Of a stretch of 64,000 bases of DNA, positions 48,201 to 61,990 are shown piece after piece. Source of the DNA: Macrostomum lignano (taxonomy: Eukaryota). Position 1 is the first letter of the stretch; each line of letters opens with the position of its first letter. The notes under the pieces were generated by a model. It was not told the DNA's origin. It ran no database searches and worked only from the letters and a program-made list of their open reading frames with translations. The DNA is taken from positions 744,001 through 808,000 of the forward strand of contig NIVC01000032.1 of the NCBI GenBank assembly GCA_002269645.1, written 5' to 3'. A program made the translations under genes and the position numbers.

Positions 48201-48763
48201 GACAACTACCCATCCTGACAACTACCCATCCTGACAACTACCCATCCTGACAACTACCCATCCTGACAACTACCCATCCTGGCAACTACCCATCCTGACA
48301 ACTACCCATCCTCTGACAGCTAAAACCATCCTGACAGCTAACCTTAGCTAAACAGCTAAGAGTGGGTAGCTGTCAGAGTGGGTAGCTGTCAGAGAGTGGT
48401 AGCTGTCAGAGTGGGTAGCTGTCAGAGTGGGTAGCTGTCAGAGTGGGTAGCTGTCAGAGTGGGTAGCTGTCAGAGTGGGTAGCTGTCAGAGAGTGGTAGC
48501 TGTCAGAGTGGGTAGCTGTCAGAGTGTGTAGCTGTCAGAGAGTGGTAGCGTCAGAGTGGGTAGCTGTCAGAGTGTGTAGCTGTCAGAGTGGTAGCTGTCA
48601 GAGTGGGTAGCTGTAAGAGTGGGTAGCTGTCAGAGAGTAGTAGCTGTCAGGGTAGCTGTCAGAGTGGTAGATGTCAGTGTGGGTAGCTGTCAGGATGGGC
48701 AGTTGATATTTACTTTTTAAGAGTAATTTACCTTGGAGGAACTGGCGGACCATTTCCCTCCAT
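45233..48763 (-). CDS. TNF-superfamily ligand (Eiger/ectodysplasin-like), type II membrane protein, about 318 aa
   Basis: Exons 48763-48732, 47684-47243, 46455-46374, 46112-45955, 45475-45233, all GT-AG with phases 2,0,1,0 (319 codons). A single TM (LWLFAQTALVAAFSVACVAL) follows a 121-aa cytoplasmic part. C-terminal TNF homology domain: LIINHLGVYRVFAQVTF...WIHCEQS...TKCILYGVRRLKKNDKL...NQTFFYIERL. The start is uncertain because the frame stays open to an acceptor at 48795. Confidence 0.82.
45585..45850 (+). repeat. About 21-bp minisatellite (GAGGTGTGTTATGGACTCCCT)n, TNF intron 4
   Basis: Direct inspection. Confidence 0.88.
46705..47180 (+). repeat. 16-bp CpG-rich minisatellite (GACGTCACACCATCGA)n, TNF intron 2
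   Basis: Direct inspection. Confidence 0.92.
47825..48700. repeat. Two related 16-bp arrays in inverted orientation, TNF intron 1: (GACAACTACCCATCCT)n at 47825-48310 and (AGAGTGGGTAGCTGTC)n at 48358-48700
   Basis: The reverse complement of unit 2 (GACAGCTACCCACTCT) matches unit 1 at 13/16 positions. Confidence 0.92.
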
Positions 48764-49134
48764 CCTTGTATTCGATTTCAGAGTCAGCAGGTTTCTATTA
48801 GCATGAAGAGGTGAAGTTCTTTATGTTGAAACTTCGACCGTATGGGCAGTCATTTATGCAAGTAAAGTTTTACCACTCTGCCACTGAAGATGAAAATCAG
48901 AATTTGTGTAATGTACACGCACAAGTATAGGCGCAAAATGTAGCATAAACAGGGTTAAACGTTGTAAATAAAATTATAAAATGAATTTCAGACTTTTGGC
49001 CTTTGAAAGCGGATGATAAGAGTTGAGTGAAATTTAGGTTCAGATAAGTATCATAGCTGGATAGCACAATGGTGCACACCGAGGAGAGAGGTAGGAGACA
49101 GGTGTAGCGAGGTGGCTAGGTGGAGGGATATGGA

Positions 49135-50485
49135 GAGATGTGGAGAGACGTAGAGAGACGTAGAGAGACGTGGAGAGACGTAGAGAGACGTAGAGAGATG
49201 CGGAGAGACGTAGAGAGACGTAGAGAGACGTAGAGAGACGTGGAGAGACGTAGAGAGACGTAGAGAGATGCGGAGAGACGTAGAGAGACGTAGAGAGAGA
49301 TGCGGAGAGACGTAGAGAGACGCGGAGAGACCTAGAGAGACGTAGAGAGACGCGGAGAGACGTAGAGAGACGTAGAGAGACGCGGAGAGACGTAGAGAGA
49401 GATGCGGAGAGACGTAGAGAGACGTAGAGAGACGCGGAGAGACGTAGAGAGACGCGGAGAGACGTAGAGAGACGTGGAGAGACGTGGAGAGACGTAGAGA
49501 GACGTGGAGAGACGTAGAGAGACGTAGAGAGATGCGGAGAGACGTGGAGAGACGTAGAGAGACGTTGAGAGACGTATAGGGACGTGAAGGGACGTAGAGA
49601 GACGTTGAGAGACGTAGAGAGACGTAGAGAGACGTGGAGAGACGTAGAGAGACGTGGAGAGACGTAGAGAGACGTGGAGAGACGTAGAGAGACGTGGAGA
49701 GACGTTGAGAGACGTAGAGAGACGTGGAGAGACGTAGAGAGACGCGGAGAGACGTAGAGAGACGCGGAGAGACGTAGAGAGACGTGGAGAGACGTAGAGA
49801 GACGTAGAGAGACGCGGAGAGACGTAGAGAGACGTGGAGAGACGTAGAGAGACGTGGAGAGACGTAGAGAGACGTAGAGAGACGTAGAGAGACGTTGAGA
49901 GACGTATAGGGACGTGAAGGGACGTAGAGAGACGTTGAGAGACGTAGAGAGACGTAGAGAGACGTGGAGAGACGTAGAGAGACGTGGAGAGACGTAGAGA
50001 GACGTGGAGAGACGTAGAGAGACGTGGAGAGACGTTGAGAGACGTAGAGAGACGTGGAGAGACGTAGAGAGACGTAAAGAGATGCGGAGAGACGTAGAGA
50101 GACGTGGAGAGACGTGGAGAGACGTAGAGAGACGTGGAGAGACGTAGAGAGACGTAGAGAGACGTGGAGAGACGTAGAGAGACGTGGAGAGACGTAGAGA
50201 GACGCGGAGAGACGTAGAGAGACGTGGAGAGACGTAGAGAGACGCGGAGAGACGTAGAGAGACGTGGAGAGACGTAGAGAGACGTAGAGAGACGTAGAGA
50301 GACGTAGAGAGACGCGGAGAGACGTAGAGAGACGCGGAGAGACGTAGAGAGACGCGGAGAGACGTAGAGAGACGCGGAGAGACGTAGAGAGACGCGGAGA
50401 GATGTAGAGAGACGTGGAGATGCGTAGAGAGACGCGGAGGGAAATTGAGAGAGGTGGAGAGTCGTGGAGAGACGTTGAGAGACGT
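49135..50485 (+). repeat. 10-bp minisatellite (GAGACGTAGA/GAGACGTGGA/GAGACGCGGA)n
   Basis: Direct inspection; source of the 523-aa ORF. Confidence 0.97.
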
Positions 50486-50909
50486 GGGTAGAGGTGAAGA
50501 GAAGAGCAACAAAGATGAGATATACCCCTGTATGTGATGCAAGATAGGAGGGAACTTAGTTAAAAATATTTGCGGAAAACCGAGCACTAATTCGAACTTT
50601 AATATTGACATATTTTGGACTAAAAATGGATGGACAATCCTAACATTCGGAATTTCATAGTGCAGACCAGATGGCCCGGCATTGCAATCTAATAACTTAC
50701 CGACTAAAGCGAAGCCGGATATGAATTCAAATGAGAAATTTTATCCAAAAATGGTGGCTCACTCAGAGCTGTCTTAACTGTCTATCAAGATTTGCTATCT
50801 CTTCCTTGAGCACAGAACCCACCGGCCTGTTATCTTGGATAGAATCAGATATTTTCTCAGAGCAGAGCTGTCTCAATAAAGCTTTGCCTCCTTCCTCACA
50901 GTGTCTTAG

Positions 50910-51106
<197 letters not shown>

Positions 51107-51529
51107 GAACTTTGGAGCAGTATTTACTGTGGTCGACTGGATCTGTGTTTAAAAACACGATGCATTAGTAGAGTAATCAACCAAACAGGTCACAGGTGAA
51201 AATTTGCATCTGACCGATCGTGACTTTGAGTACAGCGTGGCTTCTGCTCATGAGCTTGGGTAGATTGGGTGGACCTGACGGGGCCCACACAGTTATACAG
51301 CACAGAAGTCAGCCAAACCACTTAGCTAGTTAAGTAGCACTGCCTGGCACTGAGGACTCTTAATGTCCGGTTAAATGGATCGTCCGGCCCTTGAGCAGGT
51401 CTTCAGAGCTGCTTTTAATGATTGCGATTCAGGATTCTGAATGGAAGGTATTGGACACTAAATTAGACTCTGGACTTTTTCCGGCCATAGGACAGGGGTC
51501 GGTTGCATAGGTGATGTGGCTTGGTAACT

Positions 51530-52460
51530 AGATCTATATCTATCTGCTTCTGGGTCCATCTATACTAGATCTATCTGCTTCTGGGTCCATCTATACTAGA
51601 TCTATCTGCTTCTGGGTCCATCTACACTAGATCTATCTGCTTCTGGGTCCATCTAGATAGATCTATCTGCTTCTGGGTCCATCTAGATAGATCTATCTGC
51701 TTCTGGATCCATCTAGATAGATCTATCTGCTTCTGGGTCCATCTAGATAGATCTATCTGCTTCTGGATCCATCCAGATAGATCTATCTGCTTCTGGATTC
51801 ATCTAGATAGATCTATCTGCTTCTGGATCCATCTACACTAGATCTATCTATTCACTGGGTCCATCTATACTAGATCTGGCTGCTTCTGGGTCCATCTACA
51901 CTAGATTTATCTGCTTCTGGGTCCGTTTGTACTAGATCTATCTACTTCTGGGTCCATCTATACTAGATCTGGCTGCTTCTGGGTCCATCTATACTAGATC
52001 TGGCTGCTTCTGGGTCCATCTAGATAGATCTATCTGCTTCTGGATCCATCTACACTAGATCTAATTATTCACTGGGTCCATCTATACTAGATCTACCTGG
52101 TTCTGGGTCCATCTATACTAGATCTGGCTGCTTCTGGGTCCATCTATACTAGATCTGGCTGCTTCTGGGTCCATCTATACTAGATCTACCTGGTTCTGGG
52201 TCCATCTAAACTAGATCTGGCTGCTTCTGGGTCCATCTAGATAGATCTATCTGCTTCTGGGTCCATCTATACTAGAATTATCTGCTTCTCGGTCCATCTA
52301 GATAGATCTATCTGCTTCTGGGTCCATCTATACTAGATCTGGCTGCTTCTGGGTCCATCTATACTAGATCTGCCTGCTTCTGGGTCTATCTATACTAGAT
52401 CTATCTGCATATATAGGTCCATCTATACTATATCTACCGGTGTCCATCTATACTAGATCT
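51530..52460 (+). repeat. About 31-bp minisatellite (CTAGATCTATCTGCTTCTGGGTCCATCTATA)n rich in short palindromes
   Basis: Direct inspection. Confidence 0.93.
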
Positions 52461-54011
52461 ATCCACCTCTCTGTCCGTGTCATTAACTGAGTACGGGCCG
52501 GCCATATCGGTATAGCAAAGAAACACAAGCCTGCTCAAGCACCCTTCTTCACTGTGTGCTCATTAATTCTTAACATCGTGACAGCAGCTTTGTAAGTTGA
52601 TCAGCAACTTCGGAATCAATTTTTCCGGCCTTCAGTTCACCCCAGTGATTTTTTGCCACGTTAGAACGTGCCAAGAACGCGAAGTTGTCAATTTGCTGAC
52701 AGAATTTCAAGCACACAAAGTATGATGTAGAAAGCTCACCTATAGCGCATAGTATTTTACAGAAATTTGTCACTACTATGAGTTTGAACTTACGAGGCAC
52801 ATAGAGTGTACATGCGCCGCTGCACACTCTGCGTGAGCGTGTGTATGACTGCGATGAACGAAAAGTAGTAGCCTGAAAGATTTTGGCTGTGGTAAAATGA
52901 TGACTATAATTTATGATCTTTAGAAAGTTTTGTTAGTTAGCGACATGTGTAGGAAAATCATAATTATCGACTTCGTGTATTCGTTCATGACTCATCTTAA
53001 AAACTGAACGCTTTAAGGTAGGTTTATTCTTCCACTCTGATGTGCGTAAGACTACATCGAACACCAAAAGGTTAAACTCACTTGGAGTCTTCAAAAAAAT
53101 TTGGAACCTCTGGGTTGGCATTAAATTTAAGCTTTCTAAAGCAACCTGTATGCGCGTAATTTGAAAGTTAACGAAAGGTTATTGAACTACGCATTTTTTG
53201 TTTATTTTTGCTCCACCAATCAGACTATACCACAGGTTATAGTACGTAGGAAAGGGTACTGACAGACATATAGGAACACGCAATTATTGTATTTTCTTAG
53301 AAATAAGAAACAATATTTTAAAGTAACATTTTAACGAGATACATATGCAAGTATCTACTGTTATTACATTGTACATGCGTATTAAACTCAAATAAACCAA
53401 ACTAAACACTAAAGTATGTTGAAAGTTGAGAGCTTCTCAAGAAAGTCCAGTTTGAACAATTTACAACTATCTACACTAACATTATAAGAAAAATTAATCA
53501 ATATTTTTAACAACTAATATTCATCAGTACAACAAATATAGAATAGTCGAGAGACAATAAAAAAGTAACTAAAAAATTCTGTCACAGAATTCAAGCAGTT
53601 TGTTAGTTTGTTCGGATAAGCTAATTTTAAAACGACAGGTTGTTAATAGTATATGGGTCCAGACTCTCTCAGAAGTAGGACACAAATATTCTCTAAAGCC
53701 AGTTACTGTAACGGTACCAAATGTAATGGAAAAGATAAAGCATACATCTTGGTCACGCACACCATGCACGCAGGCGACAATGGACATGCGCATCCCTCAA
53801 GGATCAAGCAGTCATGTTCATTCCGATAGCCCCTGAGCAATGCACATGAATGCGTACAAAAGAGACGTTGTTTGGAATTAATAACAATCTTTCTATCATG
53901 ACAGAGTGAGAACGGATCAAAAGAGAAAAGCTATTGGTGTCAAATCTTGAGAAAATTGTCTACCAAATAGTACGTATCAAACACATGCTACACTACATTC
54001 TACATTCGAAT

Positions 54012-57000
54012 TTACTTTTCCAAGCTCTCCCGAGGCCTCCTGTCCGTATTCTGGTCTGCCGAGCCCCCCATCGGAGCTGCAACCGATCCAGCCACCCGGT
54101 CGCCAGCTCCGCCAGTCGTCCTCGCCTGCGACCGCGACAGGAACATGTCCTCGCGGCCAGCTCGATTGCGACGTCGGAAAAATCGTTTCAAACCCTTTTT
54201 GAACGGCTTGTAGGTGCCGCCGTAAATAGCCGCGTTGATGCTGGTGTGGCCCATGGCCAGCCAGGCCAGGCAAAACTCCACGCCTTCGCTGATGCTCGAC
54301 TTTCGCAGTGCGATGGAGATTTTGTAGGCAAAAAACGGCAACCAACAGACTAGGAAGCCGAGAATAACGCAAGCATTGGTTATCCATCCTCGAAGGCTCG
54401 ATCGCATGTTCGACCTTTTGTTTTGAGCAGTCTGACCACCGTTCAGAAGATTCTGTCCCTGTTCCGGGTTTTGATCTGGCAACGCTACCGGCTGCTGCGT
54501 GCCCAAACGCATTCGTCGGATATTGTTGACATGGCGTCGCGAGATGACAAAAATTGTCCCATAGCCAATCACCAGCATGAGCACCATGAACAGTATTAGA
54601 CCGATTCGAACCCCGAACAGGCTTAGGTCGACTTCGTTACGGCCTCGACAAGATTTCGTGTTAAACATCAGAGTGTTGGCGGTGAACTCGTAGTAATAAC
54701 CGCTGATGGGTACGAGACGCGTCGGTAAGAAACTGAGAAAAGCCAGCACGGTCCAAACCGCCGATACGATGACTGTAACTTTGCGCTTCGACATCATTCT
54801 ATCGTAACTGTAGGGCAGCTTAATCTGGTGCAGCTTGTCCAAACCGATTCCGATGGTAATCACTAGGGTGGCCGTCAGCATCAGGTAGTAGATCCACGAG
54901 CCAAAGTCCAGCTCGATCCGGTTGCCCGGTCCAAATCCGCTGACTGCGTAGCGAAATGCGAACAGTAAGAAGCACACGCCCGAGCCGAAGTCGCTGATTG
55001 CCAGGCTCAGCATGTAGATGCCCTGGTTAGTGCGAAGGGCCGGCGTATTGTAGAACACTAGCATGACGAGAAGGTTACTAGGCAGGGCTAGCACTGAAAT
55101 GGTGAAGACTAGAGCTATTCTCCAGCCAGACGACTCAATCTCGGTAAGGTTTCCGCAGCCTGGACAGTTTATCCATTCAACTGTAGCATTTTTGATGCAG
55201 CTGAAATGTTTAGAATCCGGTTGTTACAGGAATTAGTTTAAGAAAGTACACCATTTAACCCTCGATTTTGAACAAGGAGAAATTCGAAACTGACAAACTC
55301 CTCTTCAATATTGACACTCTATGGTCGGGCACTCAAAATCTACAATCAATATTGACAGATCAAGCTTCAATTTTGACAAACTCTGGTTCAATTTTGACAA
55401 TGCACGTTTAGTCAACTTCTCCTGGGAGAATTCGGCAACAAAGTAATCCAATGAAAGCTTGAACGGGGCTGAAGTGAGCTGTGCAAAATCAGCTTATTCT
55501 GACTTTGCTTTTTGGATCTACAAGTATTGATAAAATTTATTTTTCTCCATCCTTTAGACACACAGACTAAAATAGCCTGACTGGTTGGGCTGTAAAGTCT
55601 GATTCTATTTTGACAGAGTTGCTTCAAAACTGACACTCTATGGTTTGTGTACCCAAAAATTCCGCTTCATTTTTGACAACTCCGAATCAATATTGAACAG
55701 TTAACAATCAATTTTGACTAAGACATTTTTTGAAATAGATTTTGACAATTTTTACTAAGATTTCTCTCTTGAGGGGGGGTACTTGCTATTTGGGAGAAGG
55801 GGTACTGGCTGCATGTATCTACGAGTACATGTATGGGAATATTTTTATCCAGGGATGCTTGCTATCTGGGTGGATGTTTGCTACCTGGATGATGCTTGCT
55901 ATCTGCAAGATGCTTGCTATCTGGGGATGCTTGCTATCTGGGTGGATGTTTGCTACCTGGATGATGCTTGCTATCTGGGTGGATGTTTGCTATCTGGGGA
56001 TGCTTGCTATCTGGGGGATGTTTGCTATCTGGGTGGATGCTTGCTATCTGGGGGATGCTTGCTATCTGGGGGATGCTTGCTATCTGGGTGGATGCTTGCT
56101 ATCTGGGTGGATGCTTGCTATCTGGGTGGATGCTTGCTGTCTTGGGATGTTAAATGACCGGCCTTTTGCTAGAGTCCCTTGAGAGAGCAGGGACTCTAGC
56201 AAGCATCCCTAAATAGAAATATTCCCATACATGTACTCGTAGATACATGCAGCCAGTACCCCTTCTCCCAAATAGCAAGTACCCCCCCCCTCAAGAGAGA
56301 AATCTTAGTAAAAATTGTCAAAATCTATTTCAAAAAATGTCTTAGTCAAAATTGATTGTAAACTGTTCAATATTGATTCGGAGTTGTCAAAAATGAAGCG
56401 GACTTTTTGGGTACACAAACCATAGTGTCAGTTTTGAAGCAACTCTGTCAAAATAGAATCAGACTTTGCAGCCCAACCAGTCAGGCTATTTTAGTCTGTG
56501 TGTCTAAAGGATGGAGAAAAATAAATTTTATCAATACTTGTAGATCCAAAAAGCAAAGTCAGAATAAGCTGATTTTGCACAGCTCACTTCAGCCCCGTTC
56601 AGGCTTTCATTGGATTACTTTGTTGCCGAATTCTCCCAGGAGAAGTTGACTAAACGTGCATTGTCAAAATTGAACCAGAGTTTGTCAAAATTGAAGCTTG
56701 ATCTGTCAATATTGATTGTAGATTTTGAGTGCCCGACCATAGAGTGTCAATATTGAAGAGGAGTTTGTCGGTTTCGAATTTCTCCTTGTTCAAAATCGAG
56801 GGTAAAATGGTGTATTAGCGCCTAAGTAAAGCACATATCTGCCCTGGAGCTTTATGAGAGATTCACGGGCCAACGGGAGATACATGGTATATATTCGCCT
56901 CGGTCAATAAACGAGACACCTCGAGCCTTTGACCCTAGACAACACAATAAATGGGAAATATGGTATGTATCTCCTAATCTATGTATGGTCTTAAGTGACG

Positions 57001-57126
57001 ATTTACCATATAGACAGTTGCACTCAAAACCAATGGCTTTTTTGGCCATAGACGCAACAACAGATGGAATGCCCAACTGTTTCAACATCGCTTCCTTCAG
57101 ACAAAAATCTTACTTGTGCTATTCAT
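54012..57126 (-). CDS. Orphan class A (rhodopsin-like) GPCR; main exon 55180-54012 plus an inferred 13-nt first coding exon 57126-57114 (393 aa)
   Basis: Seven hydrophobic segments with SN (TM1), LAISD (TM2), DKL in place of DRY, W in TM4, YGTIF (TM5), CWLP (TM6) and NAAIY (TM7). There is no in-frame ATG before TM1 in the main exon. ATG AAT AGC ACA A|gtaaga (MNST) joins in phase to the acceptor tacag at 55181-55183. The main exon is about 0.93 confidence and the first exon about 0.5. Confidence 0.85.
55249..56812. mobile_element. 1564-bp foldback DNA transposon, ~616-bp TIRs, TA target site, CAC...GTG ends
   Basis: TA|CACCATTT...AAATGGTG|TA. 55249-55864 is the near-perfect reverse complement of 56197-56812; the centre is an expanded GGATGCTTGCTATCTGG repeat. 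Confidence 0.93.
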
Positions 57127-57657
57127 GAGACAGCAGTGGAGATGCATACAGAATTACCAAGTTTCAAGTCCTAAAAGCAAAGCATAATCAAAAATCCTTC
57201 TTAATAAGCTACGCTGGTAACTGGAGCGTGATTTACAAAGGATAGACGAGCTTCTTAGCTGCACTAACAAGCTGCTAGTGAGCCATCTAACAGCATGCAT
57301 AATGCTTGCTGGCATGTAACAAGCAACTGGCCTCTTAAAAACGCGAAGAAAAACAAGCAAAGAAAGTGCAATCCTGCGATCCTATAATAGTATAAAAGTG
57401 ATGTAGTTCTTGAAACAACGCCCTCAAAAGACGCTAATTGCAATTCTCTTTCACAAAAAAGATCTGCTTGGCATCTGCAACTGCGTTGTTTCTACATGTA
57501 TTTATGTCATTCAAGCTTTATTCTGCCTCCTCAGAGATGGCGCCTTCCGCTGACAGGAAATTGCGCCGCAAATCACCGCCTTGTGTCAGTTAACAGGGCA
57601 GGACAATGAGAATACTCGAAGGTGTGAGAGAGTTGGCGAGAATATACGGGATATAAA

Positions 57658-59200
<1,543 letters not shown>

Positions 59201-59926
59201 TCGTTTTATTAAGTTTTTTAACGGTTCAATTTACGAGGCATCATAGAGTTGAGAATATTCAAGGCGACTATCTAACCTTCCCAATTCACTATTGAAGCTC
59301 AAATGAATTAGTTCAACGTTCTCAGGTAGTATATACCCAGTGACCGAAAGGTTGACCGCAAGTTCGGTCGAACTTGGATAAGATCCCACTGCTTAAGTGA
59401 GTTAGCGATTGTTGACTAGAATTCGAGAAGAAGCCTCTTATAGATGCCCGCTCTGAAGAGAATTTGGCTAATGAGACTTGATTTTAAGTGGGCCTAAAGC
59501 ACGCAGCATATCAATAATGCATGATTTACTGATGCTTTATAGTAAGCTAATAATTTGTTAGCTCCAGGTAGACGCTATTATGGACATTCATTCCGTCATT
59601 CCGTCAGTCTGATTAGGGTACGACCTGCATTAGCTATACCTGCAGTGTGTATAATATATACATATTCATGATTCTCAATTTCTCTTAGCGGAAAAGCTAA
59701 AGAATGCTGAGAAGAGAGCTTTTTATTGAAGGTTACGGGAAAATTTACGACGCAAAATCGCAGCACAATGGCAAAAAATCCCTTGCGCAGAAGAGTGCCT
59801 TCTCTTTATAACTCTATTTGCGCAATGTTCAATGCTAATTTTTTGTTAAAATAGAAGCTTACTATAATTAAATGTAGCAAAATATTTTAAATTGGCAAGT
59901 TTGTTATTGAATAAGAAACTGTACAA

Positions 59927-60252
59927 GGAGAGCCATAGCCTAGTGGTTCATGACGGCGCTCGATTCCAAGTGCAGTCACTGTTAATTTGGGGCTAAATTG
60001 GAATCTCGGCTTGGCTCTGCTCGTGCAATTAAAGGCCTTGAGGGCCAACCTTCCAAGGCACAGTGAAGTGTACATGCCTAACGATAAATAAAGTTAGGGC
60101 CGCTGTACACTCCTGTGTGAGTGTGTGCCTGTGCGTATGACTGCGTACGTATCCTTGAGATTGTGTGCCTGCTCAGGGGAGTCGGCGGAATGGGCAGTAA
60201 TGCCTCTCGCCGGTTGTGTGACAATGTCGCTTAAAGTGCGCCAGGGTGCACA
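59927..60252 (+). mobile_element. tRNA-derived SINE family A copy (head partly deleted, no tail), followed by an inverted head fragment at 60266-60299
   Basis: TAGCCTAGTGG / GCTCGATTCC boxes; the body is nearly identical to 62432-62794. Confidence 0.85.
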
Positions 60253-60761
60253 CAGAATTCCCGTTCATTAATGCGACTGCACTTGGAATCGAGCCTGGGC
60301 CGCTGGCTCAGTATTTCTGAGCCCAACTTATTTCAAGAATAAGCAATGAAAACTGAAAAAAGCATTTTATTAACGATATGAAAGTCAATTGTAGATTTTA
60401 CCTGAAATTCATTTCAGTTGGAAGAGAATTTTCCAGAGGCAGTTGAAGTAGCGAATTTTTATTTTCTGAATCGTTCAATAATTTTTTTGTGCGGATTCTC
60501 GAGAGAAAACTGGAAGCGCTTTTTTATAGCGGGAATGCCTCATTTATTTCCTCAAACTGTGTGCAGCACCACCGATTCGATTGGCGGTATATATAGGCCA
60601 ATGATCGGCAAGCCAAGAATTATGAATCTTCTGTGCTACTTCCAGAAGCAGCGCTGCCCTTTTCCACTGCATACAGATTTGAATTATTAATGTTTTGGTA
60701 ACACTACTTACTAGTAGCACTTAAAGGGCTTTGTACAATATAAAAGGCTGGGGTTGTTAGT

Positions 60762-60930
60762 GGGGTTGCAGCCCAGTGGTTAGAGCGTCGGACTCACGAC
60801 TGAAAGGTCGAGGGGGGTTCGATTCCCGATCCACTAAGAAAAATTTGTGTCCTTGAGCAAGACACCTAACTCTGCGTTGCTTCGGTTCACTCAGCTGTAA
60901 GATGGGTGCCAGCTTTAGCTGGGGTAATTA
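60762..60930 (+). mobile_element. tRNA-derived SINE family B with a CORE-like central domain
   Basis: A box TGCAGCCCAGTGGTTAGAGC, B box GGTTCGATTCCC, then GTGTCCTTGAGCAAGACACCTAAC...CAGCTGTAAGATGGG, which resembles the CORE domain as I recall it. A second fragment lies on the minus strand at about 62085-62150. Confidence 0.65.
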
Positions 60931-60944
60931 GCAATCTACGCCCC

Positions 60945-61990
60945 CCGTTGGGGAGCCAAAGAAATGCAATACACGTTTTTTTTAATAAGCTACATGTATC
61001 CTTGAAATCTTAAAAAATCTCCTGTCAAACCTTGTAAGCCTTGACATGTCAGTAATCCCCCCCACAAGCTTTAACATATCAACTTCCCCCCTTGACATCT
61101 CAGCAATGCCCCCAATAAGCCTTGGAAATCTAAAAATATCTGTCAACCTTCTAACCCTAACTCTAGCCTAACCCTAACCCTAACCCTAACCCTAACCTAA
61201 CCCTAAAGCATTGAAATTTCAGTAATTCTCTCTAAGAGTCATTATAGCACTACTACAGCATTATAGCGATTCCCTGCAAGCCTCGACATCGTAGGGATTC
61301 CCAAATGAATCTCTTAACTTCGACATGAAGCTTATTTTATTTTTTACATTACTCTTTTTTATCAGCGATCCCTCCCCTGAAGAGGCATCAAATAATGTAA
61401 TAAAAAGTTTTCAATAAACTACATGTAGCTTCTGACTTTAGCCTTGAAATCTCATTTATACCCCCGTGAGCCTTGACATCTCAGCTATTCCCCCCGTAAG
61501 CCTTAACATGTCAGCGATGGCCCCCATAAACCTTGAAATCTAAAAAATCCCCTGTTATTCTGTTAACCTTAAAACCCGATAAAATATAACCCTCAACCCA
61601 CACCTGACCTAAACCTAACTTTAACCCAACCTAAAGCCTTGAAATCTCAGCAATTCTTCTCCCCTAAGCCTTGACATTTTAGTTATTCCTTCTTTAAGAA
61701 TCACAGCACTATAACGATTTCCACCAAGCTTTGACATCGTAGCAATTCCCAAATGAATCTTTTAACTTCGACATGACTTTTCTTTTATGTATACGTAGTG
61801 CTACTTTTATCTTTTACATGACTCTTCTTCTATCAGCGCCCCCCCCGTGGCGAGCCAACAAAGAACGTAATAAAAAAATTGAGTAAAGTACATGAACTTT
61901 GAAGTAGCTTCTGAATTTTGCTTTGACATCTCAGCAACCCCCCCCCGTAATCTCAGTTATTCTCTGAGAGCCTTTACGTCTCAGTTTTTC
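60945..61990 (+). repeat. Diverged tandem duplication of a ~450-bp unit (2.3 copies) containing an interstitial (CCCTAA)n tract at 61152-61205
   Basis: The block ...gacatcgtag..attcccaaatgaatct..taacttcgacatga recurs about 450 bp apart (about 61285 and 61735); the telomeric tract is degenerate in copy 2. Confidence 0.8.

Noticed and set aside
47618-48794. Alternative frame KPADSEIEYKDGGKW...ATAAP* with a faint PIAS-like look
   Set aside because: It terminates early; the other frame links in phase to the TM and TNF domain.
59340-59395. Two small hairpins (GACC-GAAA-GGTT; CAAGTTCG-GT-CGAACTTG)
   Set aside because: Too short, with no known RNA family context and no second copy.
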